DNA from: Eledone cirrhosa
Taxonomy: Eukaryota
Direction: 5' to 3'
Length of the DNA stretch: 64,000 nt
Assembly: GCA_964016885.1 (NCBI GenBank)
Contig: OZ024743.1
Span: forward strand, 138,198,001 to 138,262,000
Below, piece by piece: positions 1-13,300 of this stretch. The translations under genes were made by a program, and so were the position numbers. Position 1 is the stretch's first letter. Each line of letters opens with the position of its first letter. Under the pieces are notes generated by a model. The model saw nothing but the letters and a program-made list of their open reading frames with translations, ran no database searches and had not been told where the DNA came from.

Positions 1-1279
1 TGTTTGGTGCTTGGTGTTTGGTGTTTGCTGTTTGGTGTTTGGTGCTTGGTGTTTGGTGTTTGCTGTTTGGTGTCTGCTTTTTGGTGTTTGGTGTTTGCTG
101 TATGGTGTTTGCTGTTTCGTGTTTGGTGTTTGCTGTTTGGTGTTTGGTGTTTGCTGTTTGGTGTTTGGTCTTTGGTGCTTGGTGTTTGGTGCTTGGTGCT
201 TGGTGTTTGGTGTTTGGTGCTTGGTGCTTGGTGCTTCGTGTTTGGTGTTTGGTGCTTGGTGTCTGGAGCTTGGTGTTTGGTGTTTGGTGCTTGGTGTTTG
301 GTGTTTGGTGCTTGGTGCTTGGTGTTTGGTGCTTGGTGCTTGGTGTTTGTACTTGGTGCTTGGTGCTTGGTGTTTGGTGCTTGGTTCTTGGTGTTTGGTG
401 CTTGGTGTTTGGTGCTTGGTGCTTGGTGTTTGGTGCTTGGTGCTTGGTGTTTGGGGTTTGGTGCTTGGTGCTTGGTGCTTGGTGTTTGGTGTTTGGTGCT
501 TGGTGCTTGGTGTTTGGTGTTTGGTTCTTGGTGCTTGGTATTTGGTGCTTGGTGCTTGCTGCTTGGTGTTTGGTGCTTGGTGATTGATGCTTGGTGTTTG
601 ATGCTTGGTGCTTGGTGTTTGGTTTTTGGTGCTAGGTGCTTGGTGCTTGGTGTTTGGTGCTTGGTGTTTGGTGTTTGCTGCTTGGTGCTTGGGGCTTGGT
701 GTTTGGTACTTGGTGCTTGGTGCTTGGTGTTTGGTGCTTGGTGCTTGGTGTATGGTGTTTGGTGTTTGGTGCTTGGTGTTTGGTGTTTGGTGCTTGGTGC
801 TTGGTGTTTGTTGCTTGGTACTTGGTTCATCGTGTTTGGTGCTGGGTGCTTGGTGTTTGGTGCTTGGTGCTTGGTGTTTGGTGTTTGGTGCTTGGTGTTT
901 GGTGTTTGGTGCTTGGTGCTTGGTGTTTGTTGCTTGGTACTTGGTGCATGGTGTTTGGTGCTGGGTGCTTGGTGTTTGGTGCTTGGTGTTTGGTGCTTGG
1001 TGCTTGGTGTTTGGTGTTTGGTGTTTGATGCTTGGTGTTTGATGCTTGGTGCTTGGTGCTTGGTGTTTGGTGCTTGGTGTTTGTACTTGGTGCTTGGTGT
1101 TTTGTGCTTGGTTCTTTGTGTTTGGTGTTTGGTGCTTGGTGCTTGGTGCTTGGTGTTAGGTGTTTGGTGCTTGGTGCTTGGTGTTTGGTGTTTGGTCCTT
1201 GGTGCTTGGTGTTTGTTGTTTGGTGCTTTCTGCTTGCTGCTTGGCGTTTGGTGCTTGGTGCTTGGTGCTTGGTGTTTGG

Positions 1280-4200
1280 TGTTTGGTGCTAGGTGCTTGG
1301 TGTTTGGTGTTTGGTGTTTGATGCTTGGTGTTTGGTACTTGGTGTTTGGTGTTTTGTGCTTGGTGCTTGGGGCTTGGTGTTTAGTGCTTGGTGCTTGGTG
1401 CTTGGTGTTTGGTGCTTGGTGCTTGGTGTTTGGTGTTTGGTATTTGGTGCTTGGTGCTTGGTGTTTGGTGCTTGGTGCTTGGTGCTGGGTGGTTGGTATT
1501 TGGTGCTTGGTGCTTGGTGTTTGGTGCTTGGTGCTTGGTGCTTGGTCTTTGGTGCTTGGTGCTTGGTGCTTGGTCTTTGGTGCTTGGTGTTTGGTGCTTG
1601 GTGCTTGGTGCTTGGTGTTTGGTGCTTGGTGATTAGTGTTTGGTGCTTGGTGCTTGGGGTTTGGTGTTTGGTGCTTGGTACTTGGTGTTTGGTGCTTGGT
1701 GTTTGGTGTTTGCTGTTTGGTGTTTGGTGTTTGCTGTTTGCTGTTTGCTGTTTGCTTTTTGGTGTTTGGTGTTTGCTGTATGGTGTTTGCTGTTTGGTGT
1801 TTGGTGTTTGCTGTTTGGTGTTTGGTGTTTGCTGTTTGGTCTTTGGTGCTTGGTGTTTGGTGCTTGGTGCTTGGTGTTTGGTGTTTGGTGCTTGGTGCTT
1901 GGTGTTTGGTGTTTGTTGCTTGGTGCTTGGTGCTTGGTGTTTGGTGTTTGGTGTTTGGTGCTTGGTGTCTGGTGCTTGGTGTTTGGTGTTTGGTGTTTGG
2001 TGCTTGGTGTTTGGTGTTTGGTGTTTGGTGCTTGGTGCTTGGTGTTTGTTGTTTGGTGCTTTCTGCTTGCTGCTTGGCGTTTGGTGCTTGGTGCTTGGTG
2101 CTTGCTGTTTTGTGTTTGGTGCTTGGTGCTTGGTGTTTGGTGTTTGGTGTTATATGCTTGGTGTTTGATGCTTGGTGCTTGGTGCTTGGTATTTGGTGTT
2201 TGGTGCTTGGTGTTTGTACTTGGTGCTTGGTTCCTGGTTCTTGGTGCTTGGTGCTTGGTGCTTGGTGCTTGGTGCTTGGTGTTTGGTGCTTGGTGTTTGG
2301 TGCTTGGTGTTTGGTGCTTGGTGCCTGGTGCTTGGTGCTTGGTGCTTGGTGTTTGGTGCTTGGTGTTTGGTGCTTGGTGTTAGGTGTTTGGTGCTTGGTG
2401 CTTGGTGTTTGGTGTTTGGTGCTTGGTGTTTGGTGCTTGGTGCTTGGTGTTTGGTGTTTGGTGCTTGGTGTTTGGTGCTTGGTACTTGGTGCTTGGTGCT
2501 TGGTGTTAGGTGTTTGGTGCTTGGTGCTTGGTGTTTGGTTTTTGGTGCTTGGTGCTTGGTGTTTGGTGTTTGGTGCTTGCTGCTGGCTGCTTGGTGTTTG
2601 GTGCTTGGTGTTAGGTGTTTGGTGCTTGGTGCTTGGTGTTTGGTGTTTGGTGTTTGGTGTTTGCTGTTTGGTCTTTGGTGCTTGGTGTTTGGTGCTTGGT
2701 GCTTGGTGTTTGGTGTTTGGTGCTTGGTGCTTGGTGTTTGGTGTTTGTTGCTTGGTGCTTGGTGCTTGGTGTTTGGTGTTTGGTGTTTGGTGCTTGGTGT
2801 CTGGTGCTTGGTGTTTGGTGTTTGGTGTTTGGTGCTTGGTGTTTGGTGTTTGGTGTTTGGTGCTTGGTGCTTGGTGTTTGGTGCTTGGTGCTTGGTGATT
2901 AGTGTTTGGTGCTTGGTGCTTGTGGTTTGGTGTTTGGTGCTTGGTGCTTAGTGTTTTGTGCTTGGTGCTTGGTGTTTGGTGCTTGGTGTTTTGTTTTTGC
3001 TGTTTGGTGTTTGGTGTTTGGTGTTTGCTGTTTGCTGTTTGCTGTTTGGTGTCTGCTTTTTGGTGTTTGGTGTTTGCTGTATGGTGTTTGGTGTTTGGTG
3101 TTTGGTGTTTCCTGTTTGGTCTTTAGTCTTTGGTGCTTGGTGTTTGGTGCTTGGTGCTTGGTGCTTGGTGTTTGGTGCTTGGTGCTTGGTGCTTGTTGTT
3201 TGGTGATTGGTGCTTGGTGTTTGGTGTTTGGTGCTTGGGGCTTGGTGTTTGGAGCTGCGTGCTTGGTGCTTGGTGCTTGGTGTTTTGTGTTTGGTGTTTG
3301 ATGCTTGGTGTTTGGTGTTTGGTGTTTGGTGCTTGGTGCTTGGTGTTTGGTGTTTGATGCTTGGTGCTTGATGCTTGGTGCTTGGTGCTTGGTGTTTGGT
3401 GCTTGGTGCTTGGTGTTTGTACTTGGTGCTTGGTGCTTGGTGTTTGGTGCTTGGTGTTTGGTGCTTGGTGTTTGGTGTTTGCTCTTTGCTGTTTGGTGTT
3501 TGGTGTTTGCTGTTTCGTGTTTGGTGTTTGGTGTTTGCTGTTTGGTGTTTGCTGTTTGGTGCTTGGTGTTTGGTGCTTGGTGCTTGGTGTTTGGTGTTTG
3601 GTGTTTGGTTCTTGGTGCTTGGGGCTTGGTGTTTGGTGCTTGGTGCTTGGTGCTTGGTGCTTGGTGTTTGGTGTTTGGTGCTTGGTGTTTGGTGCTTGGT
3701 GCTTGGTGCTGGGTGTTTGGTGCTTGGTGCTTGGTGTTTGGTGCATGGTGCTTTGTTTTTGGTGTTTGTCGCTTGGTGCTTGGTGCTTGGTGTATGGTGC
3801 TTGGTGTTTGGTGTTTGGTGCTTGGTGCTTGGTGTTTGGTGTTTGGTGCTTGGTGTTTGGTGTTTGGTGCTTGGTGCTTGGTGTTTGTTGCTCGGTACTT
3901 GGTGCATGGTGTTTGGTGCTGGGTGCTTGGTGTTTGGTGCTTGGTGTTTGGTGCTTGGTGTTTGGTGTTTGGGGCTTCGTGCTTGGGGCTTGGTGTTTGG
4001 TGCTAGGTGCTTGGTGCTTGGTGTTTGGTGCTTGGTGTTTGGTGCTTGGTACTTCGGGCTTGGTGTTTGGTGCTTGGTGCTTGGGGTTTGGTGCTTGGTG
4101 CTTGGTGTTCGGTGTTTGGTGCTAGGTGCTTGGTGTTTGGTGTTTGGTGTTTGATGCTTGGTGTTTGGTGCTTGGTGTTTGGTGTTTTGTGCTTGGTGCT

Positions 4201-6965
4201 TGGGGCTTGGTGTTTAGTGCTTGGTGCTTGGTGCTTGGTGTTTGGTGCTTGGTGCTTGGTGTTTGGTGTTTGGTATTTGGTGCTTGGTGCTTGGTGTTTG
4301 GTGCTTGGTGCTTGGTGCTGGGTGGTTGGTATTTGGTGCTTGGTGCTTGGTGTTTGGTGCTTGGTGCTTGGTGCTTGGTGTTTGGTGCTTGGTGCTTGGT
4401 GCTTGGTCTTTGGTGCTTGGTGTTTGGTGCTTGGTGCTTGGTGCTTGGTGTTTGGTGCTTGGTGATTAGTGTTTGGTGCTTGGTGCTTGGGGTTTGGTGT
4501 TTGGTGCTTGGTACTTGGTGTTTGGTGCTTGGTGTTTGGTGTTTGCTGTTTGGTGTTTGGTGTTTGCTGTTTGCTGTTTGCTGTTTGCTTTTTGGTGTTT
4601 GGTGTTTGCTGTATGGTGTTTGCTGTTTGGTGTTTGGTGTTTGCTGTTTGGTGTTTGGTGTTTGCTGTTTGGTCTTTGGTGCTTGGTGTTTGGTGCTTGG
4701 TGCTTGGTGTTTGGTGTTTGGTGCTTGGTGCTTGGTGTTTGGTGTTTGTTGCTTGGTGCTTGGTGCTTGGTGTTTGGTGTTTGGTGTTTGGTGCTTGGTG
4801 TCTGGTGCTTGGTGTTTGGTGTTTGGTGTTTGGTGCTTGGTGTTTGGTGTTTGGTGTTTGGTGCTTGGTGCTTGGTGTTTGTTGTTTGGTGCTTTCTGCT
4901 TGCTGCTTGGCGTTTGGTGCTTGGTGCTTGGTGCTTGCTGTTTGGTGTTTGGTGCTTGGTGCTTGGTGTTTGGTGTTTGGTGTTATATGCTTGGTGTTTG
5001 ATGCTTGGTGCTTGGTGCTTGGTATTTGGTGTTTGGTGCTTGGTGTTTGTACTTGGTGCTTGGTTCCTGGTTCTTGGTGCTTGGTGCTTGGTGCTTGGTG
5101 CTTGGTGCTTGGTGTTTGGTGCTTGGTGTTTGGTGCTTGGTGTTTGGTGCTTGGTGCCTGGTGCTTGGTGCTTGGTGCTTGGTGTTTGGTGCTTGGTGTT
5201 TGGTGCTTGGTGTTAGGTGTTTGGTGCTTGGTGCTTGGTGTTTGGTGTTTGGTGCTTGGTGTTTGGTGCTTGGTGCTTGGTGTTTGGTGTTTGGTGCTTG
5301 GTGTTTGGTGCTTGGTACTTGGTGCTTGGTGCTTGGTGTTAGGTGTTTGGTGCTTGGTGCTTGGTGTTTGGTTTTTGGTGCTTGGTGCTTGGTGTTTGGT
5401 GTTTGGTGCTTGCTGCTGGCTGCTTGGTGTTTGGTGCTTGGTGTTAGGTGTTTGGTGCTTGGTGCTTGGTGTTTGGTGTTTGGTGTTTGGTGTTTGCTGT
5501 TTGGTCTTTGGTGCTTGGTGTTTGGTGCTTGGTGCTTGGTGTTTGGTGTTTGGTGCTTGGTGCTTGGTGTTTGGTGTTTGTTGCTTGGTGCTTGGTGCTT
5601 GGTGTTTGGTGTTTGGTGTTTGGTGCTTGGTGTCTGGTGCTTGGTGTTTGGTGTTTGGTGTTTGGTGCTTGGTGTTTGGTGTTTGGTGTTTGGTGCTTGG
5701 TGCTTGGTGTTTGGTGCTTGGTGCTTGGTGATTAGTGTTTGGTGCTTGGTGCTTGTGGTTTGGTGTTTGGTGCTTGGTGCTTGGTGTTTTGTGCTTGGTG
5801 CTTGGTGTTTGGTGCTTGGTGTTTTGTTTTTGCTGTTTGGTGTTTGGTGTTTGGTGTTTGCTGTTTGCTGTTTGCTGTTTGGTGTCTGCTTTTTGGTGTT
5901 TGGTGTTTGCTGTATGGTGTTTGGTGTTTGGTGTTTGGTGTTTCCTGTTTGGTCTTTAGTCTTTGGTGCTTGGTGTTTGGTGCTTGGTGCTTGGTGCTTG
6001 GTGTTTGGTGCTTGGTGCTTGGTGCTTGTTGTTTGGTGATTGGTGCTTGGTGTTTGGTGTTTGGTGCTTGGGGCTTGGTGTTTGGTGCTGCGTGCTTGGT
6101 GCTTGGTGGTTGGTGCTTGGTGCTTGGTGTTTTGTGTTTGGTGTTTGATGCTTGGTGTTTGGTGTTTGGTGTTTGGTGCTTGGTGCTTGGTGTTTGGTGT
6201 TTGATGCTTGGTGCTTGATGCTTGGTGCTTGGTGCTTGGTGTTTGGTGCTTGGTGCTTGGTGTTTGTACTTGGTGCTTGGTGCTTGGTGTTTGGTGCTTG
6301 GTGTTTGGTGCTTGGTGTTTGGTGTTTGCTCTTTGCTGTTTGGTGTTTGGTGTTTGCTGTTTCGTGTTTGGTGTTTGGTGTTTGCTGTTTGGTGTTTGCT
6401 GTTTGGTGCTTGGTGTTTGGTGCTTGGTGCTTGGTGTTTGGTGTTTGGTGTTTGGTTCTTGGTGCTTGGGGCTTGGTGTTTGGTGCTTGGTGCTTGGTGC
6501 TTGGTGCTTGGTGTTTGGTGTTTGGTGCTTGGTGTTTGGTGCTTGGTGCTTGGTGCTGGGTGTTTGGTGCTTGGTGCTGGGTGTTTGGTGCATGGTGCTT
6601 TGTTTTTGGTGTTTGTCGCTTGGTGCTTGGTGCTTGGTGTATGGTGCTTGGTGTTTGGTGTTTGGTGCTTGGTGCTTGGTGTTTGGTGTTTGGTGCTTGG
6701 TGTTTGGTGTTTGGTGCTTGGTGCTTGGTGTTTGTTGCTCGGTACTTGGTGCATGGTGTTTGGTGCTGGGTGCTTGGTGTTTGGTGCTTGGTGTTTGGTG
6801 CTTGGTGTTTGGTGTTTGGGGCTTCGTGCTTGGGGCTTGGTGTTTGGTGCTAGGTGCTTGGTGCTTGGTGTTTGGTGCTTGGTGTTTGGTGCTTGGTACT
6901 TCGGGCTTGGTGTTTGGTGCTTGGTGCTTGGGGTTTGGTGCTTGGTGCTTGGTGTTCGGTGTTTG
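1280..6965. repeat. Near-identical tandem duplication, period 2833-2847 bp (copies ~1280-4115 and ~4115-6965)
   Basis: Matching pseudo-ORFs at offset 2833 (1293/4126, 1636/4469, 2902/5735) and 2847 (3305/6152). Private markers CTCGGTAC (~3891/6738), CTTCGGGC (~4052/6899) and GTTCGGT (~4107/6954). Confidence 0.93.
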
Positions 6966-7399
6966 GTGCTTGGTGCTTGGTGCTTGGTTTTTGGTGCTTG
7001 GTGCTTGTGGTTTGGTGTTTGGTACTTGGTGCTTGGTGTTTGGTGCTTGGTGCTTGGTGTTTGGTGCTTGGTGTTTCGTTTTTGCTGTTTGGTGTTTGGT
7101 GTTTGGTGTTTGGTGTTTGGTGTTTGCTGTTTGTTGTTTGGTGTCTGCTTTTTGGTGTTTGGTGTTTGTTGTATGGTGTTTGGTGTTTGGTGTTTGGTGT
7201 TTCCTGTTTGGTCTTTAGTCTTTGGTGCTTGGTGTTTGGTGCTTGGTGCTTGGTGTTTGGTGTTTGGTTCTTGGTGCTTGGTGTTTGGTGCTTGGTGCTT
7301 CGTGCTTGTTGTTTGGTGATTGGTGTTGGTGCTTGGTGTTTGGTGTTTGGTGCTTGGGGCTTGGTGCTTGGTGCTGCGTGCTTGGTGCTTGGTGCTTGG

Positions 7400-10300
7400 T
7401 GCTTGGTGTTTTGTGTTTGGTGTTTGATGCTTGGTGTTTGGTGTTTGGTGTTTGGTGCTTGGTGTTTGGTGTTTGGTGTTTGGTGCTTGGTGCTTGGTGT
7501 TTGATGCTTGGTGCTTGATGCTTGGTGCTTGGTGTTTGGTGCTTGGTGTTTGTACTTGGTGCTTGGTGCTTGGTGTTTGGTGCTTGGTGTTTGGTGCTTG
7601 CTGTCTGGTGTTTGCTGTTTGCTGTTTGGTGTTTGCTGTTTGGTGTTTGCTGTTTGGTGTTTGCTGTTTGGTGTTTGGTGCTTGCTGTTGGGTGCTTGGT
7701 GTTTGGTGCTTGGTGCTTACTGTTTGGTGTTTGGTGTTTGGTGCTTGGTGCTTGGGGCTTGGTGTTTGGTGCTTGGTTCTTGGTGCTTGGTGTTTGGTGT
7801 TTGGTGCTTGGTGTTTGGTGCTTGGTACTGGGTGTTTGGTGCTTGGTGTTTGGTTCATGGTGCTTGGTGCTTGGTGTTTGTCGCTTGGTGCTTGGTGCTT
7901 GGTGTTTGGTGCTTGGTATTTGGTGATTGGTGCTTGGTGTTTGGTGTTTGGTGCTTCGTGCTTGGTGTTTGGTGTTTGGTGCTTGGTGTTTGGTGTTTGG
8001 TTCTGGGTGCTTGGTGTTTGGTGCTTGGTGTTTGGTGCTTGGTGCTTGGTGTTTGGTGTTTGGTGTTTGATGCTAGGTGTTTGATGCTTGGTGCTTGGTG
8101 CTTGGTGTTTGGTGCTTGGTGTTTGTACTTGGTGTTTGGTGCTTGGTGTTTTGTGCTTGGTTCTTGGTGTTTGGTGTTTGTTCCTTGGTGCTTGGTGTTT
8201 AGTGCTTGGTGCTTGGTGTTTGTTGTTTGGTGTTTTCTGCTTGCTGCTTGCTGTTTGGTGCTTGGTGCTTGGTGCTTGGTGTTTGGTGTTTGGTGCTAGG
8301 TGCTTGGTGTTTGGTGTTTGGTGTTTGGTGTTTGATGCTTGGTGTTTGGTGCTTGGTGTTTGGTGTTTGGTGCTTGGTGCTTGCGGCTTTGTGTTTGGTG
8401 CTTGGTGCTTGGTGCTGGGTGGTTGGTATCTGGTGCTTGGTGCTTGGTGTTTGGTGCTTGGTGCTTGGTGCTTGGTGTTTGGTGCTTGGTGCTTGGTGCT
8501 TGGTCTTTGGTGCTTGGTGTTTGGTGCTTGGTGCTTGGTGCTTGGTGTTTGGTGCTTGGTGATTAGTGTTTGGTGCTTGGTGCTTGGGGTTTGGTGTTTG
8601 GTGCTTGGTACTTGGTGTTTGGTGCTTCGTGTTTGGTGTTTGCTGTTTGGTGTTTGGTGTTTGGTGTATGCTGTTTGGTGTCTGCTTTTTGGTGTTTGGT
8701 GTTTGCTGTATGGTGTTTGCTGTTTGGTGTTTGGTGTTTGCTGTTTTGTGTTTAGTGTTTGCTGTTTGGTCTTTGGTCTTTGGTGCTTGGTGTTTGGTGC
8801 TTGGTGCTTGGTGTTTGGTGTTTGGTGCTTGGTGTTTGGTGTTTGGTGCTTGGTGCTTGGTGTTTGGTGTTTGGTGTTTGGTGCTTGGTGTTTGGTGTTT
8901 GGTGTTTGGTGCTTGGTGCTTGGTGTTTGGTGTTTCGTGTTTGGTGTTTGGTGCTTGTTGCTTGGTGCTTGGTGCTTGGTGTTTGGTGCTTGGTGCTTGG
9001 TGTTTGGTGCTTGGTGCTTGGTGTTTGGTGTTTGGTGCTTGGTGCTTGGTGTTTGGTGTTTGGTGTTATATGCTTGGTGCTTGGTGCTTGGTGTTTGGTG
9101 CTTGGTGCTTGGTGTGTGGTGCTTGTTGCTTGGTACTTGGTGCTTGGTGTTTTGTGCTTGGTGCCTGGTGTTTGGTGCTTGGTGCTTGGTGCTTGGTGTT
9201 TGGTGCTTGGTGCTTGGTGTTTGGTGTTTGGTGCTTGGTGTTTGGTGTTTGGTGTTTGGTGCTTGGTGCTTGGTGTTTGGTGCTTGGTGCTTGGTGTTTC
9301 GTGTTTCGTGTTTGGTGTTTGGTGCTTGTTGCTTGGTGCTTGGTGCTTGGTGCTTGGTGCTTGGTGCTTGGTGTTTGGTGTTTGGTGCTTGGTGCTTGGT
9401 GTTTGGTGTTTGGTGTTATATGCTTGGTGTTTGATGCTTGGTGCTTGGTGCTTGGTGTTTGGTGCTTGGTGCTTGGTGTTTGTACTTGGTGCTTGGTGCT
9501 TGGTTCTTGGTGTTTGGTGCTTGGTGCTTGGTGATTGGTGCTTGGTGTTTGGTGCTTGGTGTTTGGTGCTTGGTGTTTGGTGCTTGGTGCCTGGTGCTTG
9601 GTGCTTGGTGCTTGGTGTTTGGTGCTTGGTGTTTGGTGCTTGGTGTTAGGTGTTTGGTGCTTGGTGTTTGGTGTTTGGTGCTTGGTATTTGGTGCTTGGT
9701 GCTTGGTGTTTGGTGTCTGGTGCTTGGTGTTTGGTGCTTGGTACTTGGTGCTTGGTGCTTGGTGTTAGGTGTTTGGTGCTTGGTGCTTGGTGTTTGGTTT
9801 TTGGTGTTTGGTGCTTGGTGTTTGGTGTTTGGTGCTTGCTGCTGGCTGCTTGGTGTTTGGTGCTTGGTGATTGGTGCTTGGTGTTTGGTGCTTGGTGTTT
9901 GGTGTTTGGTACTAGGTGCTTGGTGCTTGGTGTTTGGTGCTTGGTGCTTGGTGTCTGGTGTTTGGTGTTTGGTGCTTGGTGCTTGGTGTTTGGTGCTTGG
10001 TCTTTGGTGCTTGGTGTTTGGTGCTTGGTGCTTGGTGTTTGGTGCTTAGTGCTTGGTGATTAGTGTTTGGTGCTTGGTGCTTGTGGTTTGGTGTTTGGTG
10101 CTTGGTGCTCGGTGTTTGGTGCTTGGTGCTTGGTGTTTGGTGCTTGGTGTTTGGTTTTTGCTGTTGGCTGTTTGGTGTTTGGTGTTTGCTGTTTGCTGTT
10201 TGGTGTCTGCTTTTTGGTGTTTGGTGTTTGCTGTATGGTGTTTGCTGTTTCGTGTTTATTGTTTGCTGTTTGGTGTTTGGTGTTTGGTGTTTCCTGTTTG

Positions 10301-13300
10301 GTCTTTAGTCTTTGGTGCTTGGTGTTTGGTGCTTGGTGCTTGGTGTTTGGTGCTTGGTGGTTGGTGCTTGTTGTTTGGTGATTGGTGCTTGGTGTTTGGT
10401 GGTTGGTGCTTGGGGCTTGGTGTTTGGTGCTGCGTGCTTGGTGCTTGGTGCTTGGTGCTTGGTGTTTTGTGTTTGGTGTTTGGTGTTTGCTGTTTGGTGT
10501 TTGGTGTTTGGTGTTTGCTGTTTGGTGTTTGTTGTTTGGTGCTTGGTGTTTGGTGCTTGGTGCTTGGTGTTTGGTGTTTGGTGTTTGGTGCTTGGTGCTT
10601 GGGGCTTGGTGTTTGGTGCTTGGTGCTTGGTGCTTGGTGTTTGGTGTTTGGTGCTTGGTGTTTGGTGCTTGGTGCTTGGTGCTGGGTGTTTGGTGCTTGG
10701 TGCTTGGTGTTTGGTGCATGGTGCTTGGTTTTTGGTGTTTGTCGCTTGATGCTTGGTGCTTGGTGTTTGGTGCTTGGTGTTTGGTGTTTGGTGCTTGGTG
10801 CTTGGTGTTTGGTGTTTGGTGCTTGATGTTTGGTGTTTGGTGCTTGGTGCTTGGTGTTTGTTGCTTGGTACTTGGTGCATGGTGTTTGATGCTTGGTGTT
10901 TGATGCTTGGTGCTTGGTGTTTGGTGCTTGGTGTTTGTACTTGGTGCTTGGTGCTTGGTGTTTTGTGCTTGGTTCTTGGTGTTTGTGTTTGGCGCTTGGT
11001 GCTTGGTGTTAGGTGTTTGGTGCTTGGTGCTTGGTGTTTGGTGTTTGGTCCTTGGTGCTTGGTGTTTAGTGCTTGGTGCTTGGTGTTTTTTGTTTGGTGC
11101 TTTCTGCTTGCTGCTTGGTGTTTGGTGCTTGGTGATTGGTGCTTGGTGTTTGGTGCTTGGTGCTTGGTGTTTGGTGTTTGGTGCTAGGTGCTTGGTGTTT
11201 GGTGTTTGGTGTTTGGTGCTTGGTGTTTGGTGCTTGGTACTTGGGGCTTGGTGTTTGGTGCTTGGTGCTTGGTGTTTGGTGTTTGGTGCTTGGGGCTTGG
11301 TGTTTGGTGTTGCGTGCTTGGTGCTTGGTGCTTGGTGCTTGGTGTTTTGTGTTTGGTGTTTGATGCTTGGTGTTTGGTGTTTGGTGTTTGGTGCTTGGTG
11401 TTTGGTGTTTGGTGTTTGGTGCTTGGTGCTTGGTGTTTGATGCTTGGTGCTTGATGCTTGGTGCTTGGTGTTTGGTGCTTGGTGTTTGGTTTTTGCTGTT
11501 TGCTGTTTGGTGTTTGGTGTTTGCTGTTTGCTGTTGGGTGTCTGCTTTTTGGTGTTTGGTGTTTGCTGTATGGTGTTTGCTGTTTCGTGTTTATTGTTTG
11601 CTGTTTGGTGTTTGGTGTTTGGTGTTTCCTGTTTGGTCTTTAGTCTTTGGTGCTTGGTGTTTGGTGCTTGGTGCTTGGTGTTTGGTGCTTGGTGGTTGGT
11701 GCTTGTTGTTTGGTGATTGGTGCTTGGTGTTTGGTGGTTGGTGCTTGGGGCTTGGTGTTTGGTGCTGCGTGCTTGGTGCTTGGTGCTTGGTGCTTGGTGT
11801 TTTGTGTTTGGTGTTTGATGCTTGGTGTTTGGTGTTTGGTGTTTGGTGCTTGGTGCTTGGTGTTTGGTGTTTGATGCTTGGTGCTTGATGCTTGGTGCTT
11901 GGTGCTTGGTGTTTGGTGCTTGGTGCTTGGTGATTGTACTTGGTGCTTGGTGCTTGGTGTTTGGTGCTTGGTGTTTGGTGCTTGGTGTTTGGTGTTTGCT
12001 CTTTGCTGTTTGGTGTTTGGTGTTTGCTGTTTGGTGTTTGGTGTTTGGTGTTTGCTGTTTGGTGTTTGTTGTTTGGTGCTTGGTGTTTGGTGCTTGGTGC
12101 TTGGTGTTTGGTGTTTGGTGTTTGGTGCTTGGTGCTTGGGGCTTGGTGTTTGGTGCTTGGTGCTTGGTGCTTGGTGTTTGGTGTTTGGTGCTTGGTGTTT
12201 GGTGCTTGGTGCTTGGTGCTGGGTGTTTGGTGCTTGGTGCTTGGTGTTTGGTGCATGGTGCTTGGTTTTTGGTGTTTGTCGCTTGATGCTTGGTGCTTGG
12301 TGTTTGGTGCTTGGTGTTTGTACTTGGTGCTTGGTGCTTGGTGTTTTGTGCTTGTTTCTTGGTGTTTGGTGTTTGGCGCTTGGTGCTTGGTGTTAGGTGT
12401 TTGGTGCTTGGTGCTTGGTGTTTGGTGTTTGGTCCTTGGTGCTTGGTGTTTAGTGCTTGGTGCTTGGTGTTTTTTGTTTGGTGCTTTCTGCTTGCTGCTT
12501 GGTGTTTGGTGCTTGGTGATTGGTGCTTGGTGTTTGTTGCTTGGTGCTTGGTGTTTGGTGTTTGGTGCTAGGTGCTTGGTGTTTGGTGTTTGGTGTTTGT
12601 TGCTTGGTGTTTGGTGCTTGGTACTTGGGGCTTGGTGTTTGGTGCTTGGTGCTTGGTGTTTGGTGTTTGGTGCTTGGGGCTTGGTGTTTGGTGTTGTGTG
12701 CTTGGTGCTTGGTGCTTGGTGCTTGGTGTTTTGTGTTTGGTGTTTGATGCTTGGTGTTTGGTGTTTGGTGTTTGGTGCTTGGTGTTTGGTGTTTGGTGTT
12801 TGGTGCTTGGTGCTTGGTGTTTGATGCTTGGTGCTTGATGCTTGGTGCTTGGTGTTTGGTGCTTGGTGTTTGTACTTGGTGCTTGGTGCTTGGTGTTTGG
12901 TGCTTGGTGTTTGGTGCTTGGTGTTTGGTGTTTGCTGTTTGCTGTTTGCTGTTTGCTGTTTGGTGTTTGCTGTTTGGTGTTTGCTGTTTGGTGTTTGGTG
13001 CTTGCTGTTGGGTGTTTGGTGTTTGGTGCTTGCTGCTTAGTGTTTGGTGTTTGGTGTTTGGTGCTTGGTGCTTGGGGCTTGGTGTTTGGTGCTTGGTGCT
13101 TGGTGCTTGGTGTTTGGTGTTTGGTGCTTGGTGCTTGGTGCTGGGTGTTTGGTGCTTGGTGTTTGGTGCATGGTGCTTGGTGCTTGGTGTTTGTCGCTTG
13201 GTGCTTGGTGCTTGGTGTTTGGTGCTTGGTGCTTGGTGTTTGGTGTTTGGTGCTTGGTGCTTGGTGTTTGGTGTTTGGTGCTTGGTGTTTGGTGTTTGGT

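Noticed and set aside
1156-1160. TTAGG matching the arthropod telomere repeat
   Set aside because: It occurs only as isolated single copies created by a T>A variant (TAGGTGT), never in tandem.
1484-1492. GCTGGGTGG resembling the E. coli Chi site GCTGGTGG
   Set aside because: Not an exact match, easily produced by point variants of the repeat, and there is no evidence of a bacterial context.
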